Position numbers and translations under genes: made by a program | Virus record (IMG/VR): IMGVR_UViG_3300050011_000164 | Coordinates: 1 to 64,000 of that record | Reading direction: 5' to 3' (one strand) | From: a virus | DNA: 64,000 nucleotides | Part shown: one piece after another, positions 1-8,668 of the stretch | Numbering within the stretch: position 1 is the stretch's first letter | How the letters are laid out: the number at the start of each line of letters is the position of its first letter | Notes under the pieces: model-generated | What the model saw: the letters and a program-made list of their open reading frames with translations, nothing else | Databases searched by the model: none | What the model was told of the DNA's origin: nothing

Positions 1-2
1 GC

Positions 3-1094
3 AACGCAATAGGAACGAGCAACGCCACTTTTTACAGTACGGCAGTCGGAAACCTTGCGATTGAAATTGTGGGGTTTGCGGGGCAGACAGGTAACTTAAT
101 CCAAGCCATAGCCTCGAACGGGGTCAGCGTCTTTGCAATTAGCCCAAACGGGTCTTTACTGTGGGGATCGGGCGCAGGTGATACTAACTTATCTCGCATT
201 GGTGCCGCCTCTCTTGTCATAGGAAACGGGACGGTTGGGGACTTCTCCGGTGCTCTGAAACTAACCAATTTGTCCGTCCAAGGCACCCTGACGGATGGCT
301 TCGCTTCTGTTGGCACCGCTGGTCAAGTTTTGACATCAACGGGCACCAAGATAGCGTGGGCAACGCCCTCAAGCGGCTTCAGCAACCCCATGACCACCCT
401 CGGGGACATAATTATCGAGGGGAACTCTGGGAGCCCCGCTACACTCGGGCCTGTGCGATTGGGGATCGGCACAACGGGACAAGTCCTTACGGTTGTGGGC
501 GGTGTGCCTGCTTGGGCTACGGCTGGAGGTGGCGGCGGGGCTCCCGCTGGCGGTGCAATCATCACGGGGATGCCGCTTGGAATGTTTACCAACAATAGCT
601 CTTGGAGCAATTATACGATTTATTCCTTCATGGCGGGATGTGATCTTCTCAATATACCCGCAAATACATGGAAGGTTGTTTTGCTGTTTACGGGCGGCAC
701 GGGCGCTCATATTGCCAAATTCAATATCGTCAGAACAGCACGGTACTCCTTAGTGGTTGTGGATCGCACCCAAGTAAAATTTGGTGGGAATATGCCCGCC
801 ACAATCACTTGGGGTGGTTCACCAACAGCCGCCGCTCCACAGATTCAAGAGTCGGATGCAATCTCGTTGGCGCTAGATCAAAACCACGATTACTATATCG
901 AGATTTACTTTGACGCTGACGGCACCTACAACGGTACCGTGGGGTTTGCTCAAGGCGGTGCTGTCACCACATACGGCAGGTTGGTTGCTTCGTATGACAA
1001 TATAGGCGACCTAACCACAACAACTTCCATGACATCCCCATTTAGCTTCTCGGGTAATGGCTTGTTGGTTGGGCAGGTATATGTAGCGTCCTAA
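3..1094 (+). CDS. C-terminal part of a virion/tail-fibre-like protein (5' end outside window)
   Basis: Frame open from position 3. Gly/Thr/Ser-rich, with repeated GQVLT..G...WAT spacer motifs typical of phage tail fibres. Confidence 0.6.
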   Translation, partial: NAIGTSNATFYSTAVGNLAIEIVGFAGQTGNLIQAIASNGVSVFAISPNGSLLWGSGAGDTNLSRIGAASLVIGNGTVGDFSGALKLTNLSVQGTLTDGFASVGTAGQVLTSTGTKIAWATPSSGFSNPMTTLGDIIIEGNSGSPATLGPVRLGIGTTGQVLTVVGGVPAWATAGGGGGAPAGGAIITGMPLGMFTNNSSWSNYTIYSFMAGCDLLNIPANTWKVVLLFTGGTGAHIAKFNIVRTARYSLVVVDRTQVKFGGNMPATITWGGSPTAAAPQIQESDAISLALDQNHDYYIEIYFDADGTYNGTVGFAQGGAVTTYGRLVASYDNIGDLTTTTSMTSPFSFSGNGLLVGQVYVAS

Positions 1095-1118
1095 ACAAAT
1101 TTCATCGGGACGGTTTGG

Positions 1119-1147
1119 TTGAAAGAACCCCTGAATAGTGGTATTAT
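1119..1147 (+). promoter_or_regulatory. sigma70-type promoter TTGAAA-17-TATTAT with extended TG; ATG only 5 nt downstream (leaderless)
   Basis: Sequence ttgaaa(1119-1124)-17 nt-tattat(1142-1147)-agggt-ATG(1153). Confidence 0.65.
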
Positions 1148-1152
1148 AGGGT

Positions 1153-1821
1153 ATGGATGAATTTCGCCAAGGTCCGCCTGCCGTTTACGCAGATTACAAG
1201 CCGTCCCCCATCCTGAAGTTCAATGACTTCGTTCGGATGGCCCCGCGTGCGGGGAGGTGCTGCCCCACCGATCTCAAAATCGGGTACGTCCATAAAGGAT
1301 TGATGAATCGCTATCTTGAGCCCCATCGCCACTACCACACACTCGGGCACATCCAATTCGGCTTCAGCGAATACTTCAAGTTTTTCGACAAAATGGACCC
1401 CATTACCTTCTTTGCGTGGACCTATCATGATGCGGTTTACGAGCCCACCCGCGACGACAACGAAACCCGCAGTGCGATGGTTTTTGAGAAAGACAACTCC
1501 ATACTGGGGTTCGATGTAGCAGATGCCGATAAGATCATCGACCTCATCCTCAGCACCACACATATCGAACACACCAACATTGTGACCGACATCGATCTCG
1601 CGGGGCTGGGACTGCCCGCCGAACAGTATGACGAAAATACCCGCCTCATCCGCATAGAGTACAATTTTGCTTCCGACGAGATGTGGAAAGCAGGTCGCAC
1701 GGCATTTCTGAAGAGATTCCTCGTCCGACCACAGCTTTACTTCAGCCCCCAGTTCGCGGGAGCCTACACTCTCTTGGCTCGCGAAAACATGCAGCGCGAA
1801 CTATATCTACTAAGTTATTGA
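1153..1821 (+). CDS. HD-superfamily metal-dependent phosphohydrolase
   Basis: Motifs YLEPHRHYHTLGHI, YHDAVY, DNETRSA, DIDLAGLG, IRIEY. Confidence 0.8.
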   Translation: MDEFRQGPPAVYADYKPSPILKFNDFVRMAPRAGRCCPTDLKIGYVHKGLMNRYLEPHRHYHTLGHIQFGFSEYFKFFDKMDPITFFAWTYHDAVYEPTRDDNETRSAMVFEKDNSILGFDVADADKIIDLILSTTHIEHTNIVTDIDLAGLGLPAEQYDENTRLIRIEYNFASDEMWKAGRTAFLKRFLVRPQLYFSPQFAGAYTLLARENMQRELYLLSY

Positions 1822-1880
1822 TTCTAAAGCCACAATTCCTAACCGAAACTCGGGATTTCTTGGTAGAATGGAGGTGAGAG

Positions 1881-2399
1881 GTGAATATGGATGCCTACGT
1901 ATTAGCCATTAGCGTCAAGGACTCGCAGTATCTCCCAACACGGGCGAAAAACGTTCTGAAGCGACTGGGTTGCGAAACCATCGAAGATGTGGTTAAGTTG
2001 ACGCCCGAGCAAATCCTGCGCTCGAAATGGGCTGGCAAGAAGGTTCTGGCCTACATCAAACTTTGGCTTGACAGTTTCGGTCTCTCTCTGTCAGACTCAA
2101 GTCTCACCATGCCGACATCCGCTGGATTCCCGCTCCTCAACGGCTACCTTCAATTCCGTGGGCGAATCTACGACTATTTCGGCTACTCTGGACCTGACTT
2201 CCCTATAGAGGATTGCACGAATCGCCCATGGGGTGTTAATTCCGCACGACCCGAACGCTTGGCGACAATTGCCGCGTGGACCTATCGCGGGAAAGATTTC
2301 ACACTGATCGTCAGCAAGGCTTCCGAGCATCAGTCGGTGCTTTGCATCTACGACAACGCCAAAGAGTTCAAATCCAACGCGGCTATAGGCGGCGAGTAA
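1881..2399 (+). CDS. protein with N-terminal RNA polymerase alpha-CTD-like domain
   Basis: LPTRAKNVLKRLGCETIEDVVKLTPEQIL...GKKVLAYIK...GLSL follows the alpha-CTD pattern (LSVRxxNxLK.....I.DL......L.....GxKS). TGGTAGAAT lies upstream at 1861. Confidence 0.7.
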   Translation: MNMDAYVLAISVKDSQYLPTRAKNVLKRLGCETIEDVVKLTPEQILRSKWAGKKVLAYIKLWLDSFGLSLSDSSLTMPTSAGFPLLNGYLQFRGRIYDYFGYSGPDFPIEDCTNRPWGVNSARPERLATIAAWTYRGKDFTLIVSKASEHQSVLCIYDNAKEFKSNAAIGGE

Positions 2400-2764
2400 T
2401 GTCCATGATGTCTTGGCCCGGATCAAAACCTCTTCTGACCGACGAGGAGTTGAGCAAGGTCCTCGAAGAGGATAACGACGCCTCTATCTGGTTGGCACTG
2501 GTGGACGCCGCCCAGAATGACCAAATTCTCTACCGCGTCTTCGGTCTCGCCCGTGCGAAAGGTTGGTCACGATTCCGCACGGTGATGGTATGCTCGTATG
2601 TGATGGCTCAGCAGCACGAGCGGACGATCCAGCGGGAAATGGATCGCCTGAATATGACGCTGACGCCAAAGATGCAGTTCTGTGCGAAATGTTCGGAGGA
2701 CCTTTTCACGACCGATGACGGCGTGACGCTACGGCTCAAAACAGTCGAGGAGCAGAAGGCGTAG
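2399..2764 (+). CDS. hypothetical protein (CxxC near C-terminus)
   Basis: TAATG overlap with the previous gene gives the start MSMMSW. Confidence 0.55.
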   Translation: MSMMSWPGSKPLLTDEELSKVLEEDNDASIWLALVDAAQNDQILYRVFGLARAKGWSRFRTVMVCSYVMAQQHERTIQREMDRLNMTLTPKMQFCAKCSEDLFTTDDGVTLRLKTVEEQKA

Positions 2765-2835
2765 GTCTGTAAGCGGACTTCTCATTTCTTAGAAGGGCGG
2801 TACTTGTGGGACTCGGATATGGTACAGGAGTGGGC

Positions 2836-3990
2836 ATGAAAGGTATTGGACTCAAGTTAGACCCTACTAAGCGTTCGAACGATGCGCGTGATTTTGAGAA
2901 AGCCATGCGGAAGCGTATCGTCGGACAGGACGCCGCCGTCGATAAAGTCACCGAGATTTACCAGATGTTCTTGGCTGGCCTGAATGCTCCGGGTCGTCCA
3001 GTCGGTAACCTGCTCTTCCTCGGTCCCACTGGTAGCGGTAAGACCCGCGTGGTCGAAGCCATGGCTGAATCCCTCTTCGGTGATTGCCGAGCCTGCATCA
3101 AGATCGACTGCGCTGAGTTCCAGCATTCCCACGAAATTGCGAAGCTGATCGGTTCGCCCCCGGGCTACCTCGGTCACCGCGAGACGCATCCGCTGCTCAC
3201 GCAGGAAGCGTTGAACCAGTGGTTCAGCGAGAAGTTGAAGCTCTCGATCCTGTTGTTCGACGAAATCGAAAAAGCCAGCGATTCACTCTGGCAACTCCTG
3301 CTCGGCATCCTCGATAAAGCAACTCTCACTCTCGGCGATAACCGCCGCGTGGACCTTAGCCAGTGCATCATCATCCTGACATCGAACCTCGGTGCTGCCG
3401 ACATGAGTGAACTGATGAATGGCGGCATAGGTTTCGGCATTGCCAAAGAAAACATCATCGTTGACGATTCGCTGGATGCAAAGATCGACCGTAGTGCAGT
3501 TGACGCCGCCAAACGCAAATTCACGCCCGAGTTCATGAACCGCATCGACAAGTCGGTCGTATTCAAGACTCTTCGCCCCGAGCACTTGGCGCAGATTCTT
3601 GATATCGAACTTGGTATGGTGCAGCAGCGTGTGCTGATGGCGGCGGGGACGAACCAATTCGTATTCAACTGCACGCCAGAGGTGAAAGCATTCCTGCTCA
3701 AGGAAGGTACGGACCCGAAGTACGGAGCCCGTCACTTGAAGCGTGCCATTGAACGCAATTTGGTCTTCCCAATGGCAAACCTCGTCGCCACTGGTCAGGT
3801 CAAGTTGGGGGATTTCATTCGTGTGGATTTGGAAGGCGAAACCACTACGTTCGTCAAGGAAGCCGAGAATACCATGGCTCCCGTACTGCTCGAACGTTAC
3901 GGAGCGGCGGCAACACAGCGTGAAGACCCCATCAACGTGAGACCCATCGTTCCGATTACGCGGAAGTCCAGTGGGGGCGCGGGAGCTTAA
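2836..3990 (+). CDS. ClpB/ClpC-like AAA+ ATPase, second nucleotide-binding domain (D2) only
   Basis: IVGQDAAV, Walker A GPTGSGKT, KLIGSPPGYLG, Walker B LLFDEIEKA, LTSNLG, PEFMNRID, YGARHLKRAIE. Start could be 2806 or 2836. Confidence 0.9.
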   Translation: MKGIGLKLDPTKRSNDARDFEKAMRKRIVGQDAAVDKVTEIYQMFLAGLNAPGRPVGNLLFLGPTGSGKTRVVEAMAESLFGDCRACIKIDCAEFQHSHEIAKLIGSPPGYLGHRETHPLLTQEALNQWFSEKLKLSILLFDEIEKASDSLWQLLLGILDKATLTLGDNRRVDLSQCIIILTSNLGAADMSELMNGGIGFGIAKENIIVDDSLDAKIDRSAVDAAKRKFTPEFMNRIDKSVVFKTLRPEHLAQILDIELGMVQQRVLMAAGTNQFVFNCTPEVKAFLLKEGTDPKYGARHLKRAIERNLVFPMANLVATGQVKLGDFIRVDLEGETTTFVKEAENTMAPVLLERYGAAATQREDPINVRPIVPITRKSSGGAGA

Positions 3991-4370
3991 TGCTTAAGTG
4001 GGTTCCATCGGCGATCTGCTTCTTGTTCGGGCACGTTTGGTATGTGCCCGAAACTTTCCCTGACGCGCTTCTCCAACCACGCGCTAACCTTGGCTACTGT
4101 CGTCGCTGTGGGGAGCCCACAATGGATCAGCGTACCCTAGACGCCTTCAACAAATCCCATGCGGAGTGGGAAGCGAGGGTGAATAGAATGAGCACTGCCT
4201 ATGAACGGGTGTTGGCTCGGCGTTCGAAGCGATTAGGTGTTTCGCTTGAAGAAGCGGCCAAGATAACGGCGAAGCCGCGTTACTTGCAGGCGGTTGAGGC
4301 GGCAGCATCACGTCGAGGGGTAACTGTTGAAACCGTGCTGGAAGAGGATTTCAGGAGAAGCCGAAGTTAA
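3990..4370 (+). CDS. small hypothetical protein with C..GH.W...CxRC Zn-ribbon-like motif
   Basis: CFLFGHVW...CRRCG; TAATG coupling to the ATPase gene. Confidence 0.6.
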   Translation: MLKWVPSAICFLFGHVWYVPETFPDALLQPRANLGYCRRCGEPTMDQRTLDAFNKSHAEWEARVNRMSTAYERVLARRSKRLGVSLEEAAKITAKPRYLQAVEAAASRRGVTVETVLEEDFRRSRS

Positions 4371-4663
4371 CGGGTTTCGCCGTTAGTGATGAACCCATGC
4401 CAGTGTCCCGAACTGCTTGCGTCAATCGACGGACTCACGTTTAGATTTTCAAAATCCCCGACGATACTCCAAGCGAAATTAGGAGAGCACGGAACAACCT
4501 GCATATTCCAGTCTTCACCGAACGCCTTTTCATAGATGTCAAACTGTTCATGATCGGACAGAGCGATATTTTTGCATGTCAGCCAGTCTTTACGACAATG
4601 AGGACAGCGGAATGCAAACATATTGGGGTGAATCCATCGTGGTTCAAGGTCTGTTAGCCTCAT
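4367..4663 (-). CDS. DUF6527-like Cys/His protein
   Basis: FRCPHC ... VSPSID...HWHGFITNG. Start MRLTDL overlaps the upstream stop (ATGA). Confidence 0.6.
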   Translation of the reverse strand: MRLTDLEPRWIHPNMFAFRCPHCRKDWLTCKNIALSDHEQFDIYEKAFGEDWNMQVVPCSPNFAWSIVGDFENLNVSPSIDASSSGHWHGFITNGETR

Positions 4664-5349
4664 GGCACCAATTCTCCATTGTGTAGGAAGCCGTGCCAGT
4701 TCCCGCTGATGATCGAACCTCCTCCAGCCGCACAAGTGTGCCCGTTCTTATCCACATGAATGTTTGGCGGTGTGCCATGTCGTACCCAGCAACGATGTGT
4801 GCGTTCTTCCTTCATAGTGCAGTTGCTTGCCCGTCCATCAATCATCCAATCACTGCCCCTCGGCGTGCGACACATTAAGGGCGGCTCAATTTGGTTATCC
4901 CATTCCCAACCGTACAGCTTGTCGCTATTGAGAATGCTAGGGTCTGCCATGCTGTGCTTCATCCACCATGCGTACCAGAGGGCTCCCGTAGGAGCGTCAT
5001 AGAGCGTGGTAAGCGGCCCACCGTCCGACCGTGAGTGTAGGCGATGGGTGAACATCTGCCCGCCACGCTCACAACCGCGTAAATCGTCAGTGATGGGTGC
5101 TCCGCATTTACAGTGGGTGGGCCAAATGGGGTCGCCTGCGGGAGGACGAATAGTCTCGGTGAAATCGATCCAGTCCTCGGACTTACCCCAAACATGGGGA
5201 TAGTCGAAATCCCCGATGAGATTCATATTCTGATGATAGGAGTATTCGCCCAGACAAAGTGGGCAACAGTTCGGAGTGCCTGAGTTATAACGGCGAGCCC
5301 ACACACGTATTTTAGCGACTGGCGTTAACAGGAAGCATGGAATACCCAT
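4660..5349 (-). CDS. Cys/His-rich protein with DUF6527-like C-terminus
   Basis: CCPLC, CKCG, HRCW, GSI...WHGFLHNG; C-terminus resembles that of the neighbouring gene. Confidence 0.6.
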   Translation of the reverse strand: MGIPCFLLTPVAKIRVWARRYNSGTPNCCPLCLGEYSYHQNMNLIGDFDYPHVWGKSEDWIDFTETIRPPAGDPIWPTHCKCGAPITDDLRGCERGGQMFTHRLHSRSDGGPLTTLYDAPTGALWYAWWMKHSMADPSILNSDKLYGWEWDNQIEPPLMCRTPRGSDWMIDGRASNCTMKEERTHRCWVRHGTPPNIHVDKNGHTCAAGGGSIISGNWHGFLHNGELVP

Positions 5350-5355
5350 GTGGCG

Positions 5356-5682
5356 TTACCCCTTCGAAGGATCGGGGACAGCCGCAGGAGCAGCCGTAGC
5401 TGTCGCCGTGTTTGAGTTGTCGTTGTCCACGTTCACAATCGTGGTTGGTGCTTGCGTCGTTTTATCAGGCCAGACTTGACTGCCTACGAAATGTCCACCG
5501 AGGAGAGCATAGAAGCTAAATACCGTGCCCTGCACGTTTGGACCCAAGTCTTTCCCCGTATGACAATGCCACAGCAGTATCGCCGCTTGAAACGCACAGG
5601 CGATGGGAATGTGCATATAATTCTGGAGCCTATCAAGCCAAGGCTGGAGTTTGGGGAGGTACTTTTTGAAGTCTATACTCAT
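5356..5682 (-). CDS. small membrane protein (holin-like?)
   Basis: Two hydrophobic segments and an Ala/Pro tail; preceded by the phage promoter-like motif at 5696-5715. Confidence 0.45.
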   Translation of the reverse strand: MSIDFKKYLPKLQPWLDRLQNYMHIPIACAFQAAILLWHCHTGKDLGPNVQGTVFSFYALLGGHFVGSQVWPDKTTQAPTTIVNVDNDNSNTATATAAPAAVPDPSKG

Positions 5683-5695
5683 TGTTGAATCGTCC

Positions 5696-5715
5696 CTATT
5701 GAAGAATGCGGTAGT
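5696..5715 (-). promoter_or_regulatory. phage-specific promoter-like motif ACTACC-GCATT-CTT-CAA-TAG
   Basis: Matches the motif recurring upstream of at least 7 other genes or units. Confidence 0.55.
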
Positions 5716-5855
5716 TGTCGAAAATTTCTGTCAAGTAGAAAATTCTCGCACTGATGCTGCGAGACTTATGCTATCAATAACCGCATGAACACTGGGTTTT
5801 TAGATAGGTCAGAAACCTCAAATGGTATAATGGTTATAGTAGATCAGGAGGCAAC

Positions 5856-6167
5856 ATGACCAAGATTAGCAAGCGGAAGACGCGACTGAGCTTCGAGACG
5901 GATGCCGAGATGCGGGGGTGGGGCAGCATCACTGTGGATAAGGAGAAGAAGAAAACGCGACGTGTCCCAGTGACTCGGGCGATCATCGTGGATGTAGACA
6001 ACGCATTCCATGGCACCGTGCGACTGAAGGGCACCCGCCAAACCTTTGACTTCTCGTGGGAGGGATTGTTCCTGTGGGCCGTGGAGCAGAAGGTCATGAA
6101 GGAGCGTGCGGAGAAGAAGCGGCTGCGTGACGCTAAGAAGAAGGGACGCTTAGTCCACGTCCGCTAG
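5856..6167 (+). CDS. small basic hypothetical protein
   Basis: TGGTATAAT at 5823, SD GGAGG, Lys/Arg-rich ORF. Confidence 0.65.
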   Translation: MTKISKRKTRLSFETDAEMRGWGSITVDKEKKKTRRVPVTRAIIVDVDNAFHGTVRLKGTRQTFDFSWEGLFLWAVEQKVMKERAEKKRLRDAKKKGRLVHVR

Positions 6168-7883
6168 ACCACGTAAGGCGTTCTCGGACTCCTCTTCCTC
6201 AGTGGGAAAGGAGTCTGGATCGCCGAACGGTACGAACGCTTTGACCGATTTATCCCCACGATCATACGCCGCTCCTACGCGGTGAGTCCCGTCTATCACC
6301 GTGTTGTGATGGTCGAGCACGATAGGCGGGGCAGGGGTGTCCAACAGAGAATAGTTTTCGACCAGTTCTTCGGACGTTTCCCACGGGGCGTCGATCTGAT
6401 CCAGCGGCACTTCCTTCAGTACGAACTCTTTGTACTGCGTGATGCGGCCATCATCTTCGTAGCCCTCATGCATCTCGCGAGCATACTCCAACACCGACCA
6501 CGAATCCACTCGTTGTCCGACAGGCAGGTTCCCGATGTATTCACTCGCCATCTTACCTTCTATCAACTGAATTTGGCTCGGTGAGAATGGGATGTAGGCT
6601 TCAATCTGTGGCATGTTGGGAGCATCACTCCCGACCACGATCAGTCCGTCGTACCCCTTTTCAATCTGTTCTTGTCGCCACTTCGCATCCCTGACGTATT
6701 TCTCTTCCGCCTCAAACCCACCTTCCATCGCGTTGAGAACCAGCGGGCTGTTGAAGGTCACGTAGGCTACGGTGACCTCGCCGAATTCTGCGGCGTATTC
6801 CCTGTTGTTCGTGAAGTAGGTAGGGACTTTAGTGAGATCGGTGTCTCCTCCGTGGTAGAGCTTGTACCGCTTTTTACTCTCTTGCCATACGGCGGCGTTC
6901 TTTTGGAGTAGGGGGTTGCTCGCTGCCACGTAGCTTCTACTTGGCTGTGCGTTGGGCGGGGAAGCTTCCTTCGCGTTGCAGGTGTTTATCACAAACCATT
7001 CGGACTGCATACCCGAATAGTTGCTTTCATCTGGGTGCGTTCGATTACGCCAGAGAACGATATCCTCAAGAGCGATCCCCTGAATTTTGCCTACGGTCTG
7101 CCACACGATGCCGCGATGTCCACCAGAGAACCCCTTGGCGGTGTCGTAAGCCGCCGACCAAGATAGCAGGTCCCGAAGGTGTGGCTCCCACTTGGCGGGC
7201 TCGCGATCATCACCCATGCGAATCTCTTCCCCACGATAGAGACACTTGCGGGTAGTCGGCGGCACGAACGGTGTGAGCGATTTGACCAACTCAACCACCC
7301 GACCAGATGCCGCTGGGTTGTCCTCAAAGGCGTCGGCACACTGCACATATTGACCGAAGTAGCCGTAAAGCGCGTCGTCCATGGCGATAGTGTAGCAAAC
7401 TTTGTCGTACTTGCTTCGAGGTTTGTCGGCGGCAAATTTGATCTGGCAATGATATAAACCACCTCTCGCTTTGTCGATTTGGATGCTGTGCCCACGTCCA
7501 TCCCAGTACCGTTCCCACTTCTTCATGTCGCTTTTGTTGAGCAGACCTTCGTCCTTCCATGAGTCTGAGGCCGTGCAATGGAGTGTAACCGTAGCTCCCG
7601 CTCCAACAATTGGAATGTTATCTTCATCCGAATTGTAAATTTGTTGCGGCTCGTCATCGATAGGCTTAGGCTTACCAACAAGTTGTTCAATCTTCTTGCC
7701 CGAGTTTTTGAACAAGGTGATAAGGCCCGGGTGAAATTGGTCTGGGTTCTCGGCTATCATCCGGTGTATTTCGTCGAGAGTGAACCATTCGAGGCTAGTG
7801 GTTTCCCAACCATGACCCTTTTCGGGATGGAGTGAAACCTCTTGAGGAACGACACCCAGAAAATTGAAATACTTAAACGCCAC
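6150..7883 (-). CDS. downstream half of split polyvalent protein: NUDIX C-terminal part + two ADP-ribosyltransferase-fold domains + ParB/Srx domain
   Basis: FKYFNFLGVV...WETTSLEWF (NUDIX C-term); LYRGE..LSWS..QSEW; LYHGG..YFT..YA..GYDGLI; PPIVL..VIDGTHR. GTG start with GAGG SD inside the 3' end of the HNH gene. Confidence 0.75.
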   Translation of the reverse strand: MAFKYFNFLGVVPQEVSLHPEKGHGWETTSLEWFTLDEIHRMIAENPDQFHPGLITLFKNSGKKIEQLVGKPKPIDDEPQQIYNSDEDNIPIVGAGATVTLHCTASDSWKDEGLLNKSDMKKWERYWDGRGHSIQIDKARGGLYHCQIKFAADKPRSKYDKVCYTIAMDDALYGYFGQYVQCADAFEDNPAASGRVVELVKSLTPFVPPTTRKCLYRGEEIRMGDDREPAKWEPHLRDLLSWSAAYDTAKGFSGGHRGIVWQTVGKIQGIALEDIVLWRNRTHPDESNYSGMQSEWFVINTCNAKEASPPNAQPSRSYVAASNPLLQKNAAVWQESKKRYKLYHGGDTDLTKVPTYFTNNREYAAEFGEVTVAYVTFNSPLVLNAMEGGFEAEEKYVRDAKWRQEQIEKGYDGLIVVGSDAPNMPQIEAYIPFSPSQIQLIEGKMASEYIGNLPVGQRVDSWSVLEYAREMHEGYEDDGRITQYKEFVLKEVPLDQIDAPWETSEELVENYSLLDTPAPPIVLDHHNTVIDGTHRVGAAYDRGDKSVKAFVPFGDPDSFPTEEEESENALRGLADVD

Positions 7884-8622
7884 AAGCAGCCTCTTTCAAA
7901 TTTTGGAATTCATACAGCCTTTTCACCCAAGCTAACCATTCCCCGATTGACATGGTGTTCTTAGATCGGTTACAGAATTTACAAGCGGTTACGCAGTTGC
8001 TCGGAATGTATCCAATAGCATTGTCTGATCTGTCAATGCCGTTGTAGTAAAAGTCCGTTGGGTGCTGATACCAGACAGCGGCTCTTTTGATGTATTGGTC
8101 AGGCCATAGCGTTGATGGGGCTTCCCCACAATAATGGCAGTTATCGACAATCAGTTTGGAAAATTCTTCAAAGGACAGCTCGAACTTGTGTTCTCTATTT
8201 CTCGCGGCATTACGGTAGTTGTTGTAAATGCTCTTACGAGCCCGTTGGTGGTCGGGTTTAACAAAAGATGCACTCATCATTTCAAAGCTCTTACAACCAC
8301 AAGATTTGCTGATTCCTTCCATAAGGGATTGCGTCCTAACAACTCGTTCCACCCCACAAACACAACGGCAAAGCCAGCCGTGCGGTCTTTTATACTCTTT
8401 AACCGTCCAATAGCCGAATGGCATTCCCGCCAATTCGTTTTTCAGATGGTCTCGTTTGCCCACTACCACGGGGCAACTCTGATACGCACCGCTACAAATC
8501 AACCGACCGTTACTTTGTTGATACTTAGCGGGGTTCCCGCATCCAAAGAAACACAATTCAGAACCGCTGTACGGTAACGGTTTGGTGTTTTTCTTGCTTT
8601 TTCTCACATATTTTCTACTCAT
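7873..8622 (-). mobile_element. free-standing HNH (His-Me finger) homing endonuclease inserted into the NUDIX coding region
   Basis: WLCRCVCG...SKSCGC N-terminal module; CHYCG...NGIDRSDNAIGY..SNCVTACKFCNRSK. More AT-rich than its flanks. Confidence 0.85.
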
Positions 8623-8626
8623 ACAA

Positions 8627-8663
8627 CTCCTATTAAAATCTCTCTAATAGAAGGTGTCGTAGT
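8627..8663 (-). promoter_or_regulatory. promoter-like motif ACTACG-ACAC-CTT-CTAT-TAG overlapping an 11-bp hairpin that sequesters the HNH SD (AGGAG)
   Basis: CTTCTATTAGA-GAGAT-TTTAATAGGAG pairs fully with two G-U pairs; ATG follows 4 nt later. Confidence 0.65.
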
Positions 8664-8668
8664 CGATT

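Noticed and set aside
7873-8668. Group I intron interrupting the NUDIX domain
   Set aside because: Only 46 non-coding nt and no recognisable P7/S element (e.g. AAGATATAGTC) by eye. The downstream half has its own SD and GTG. Not excluded without Infernal or RT-PCR.
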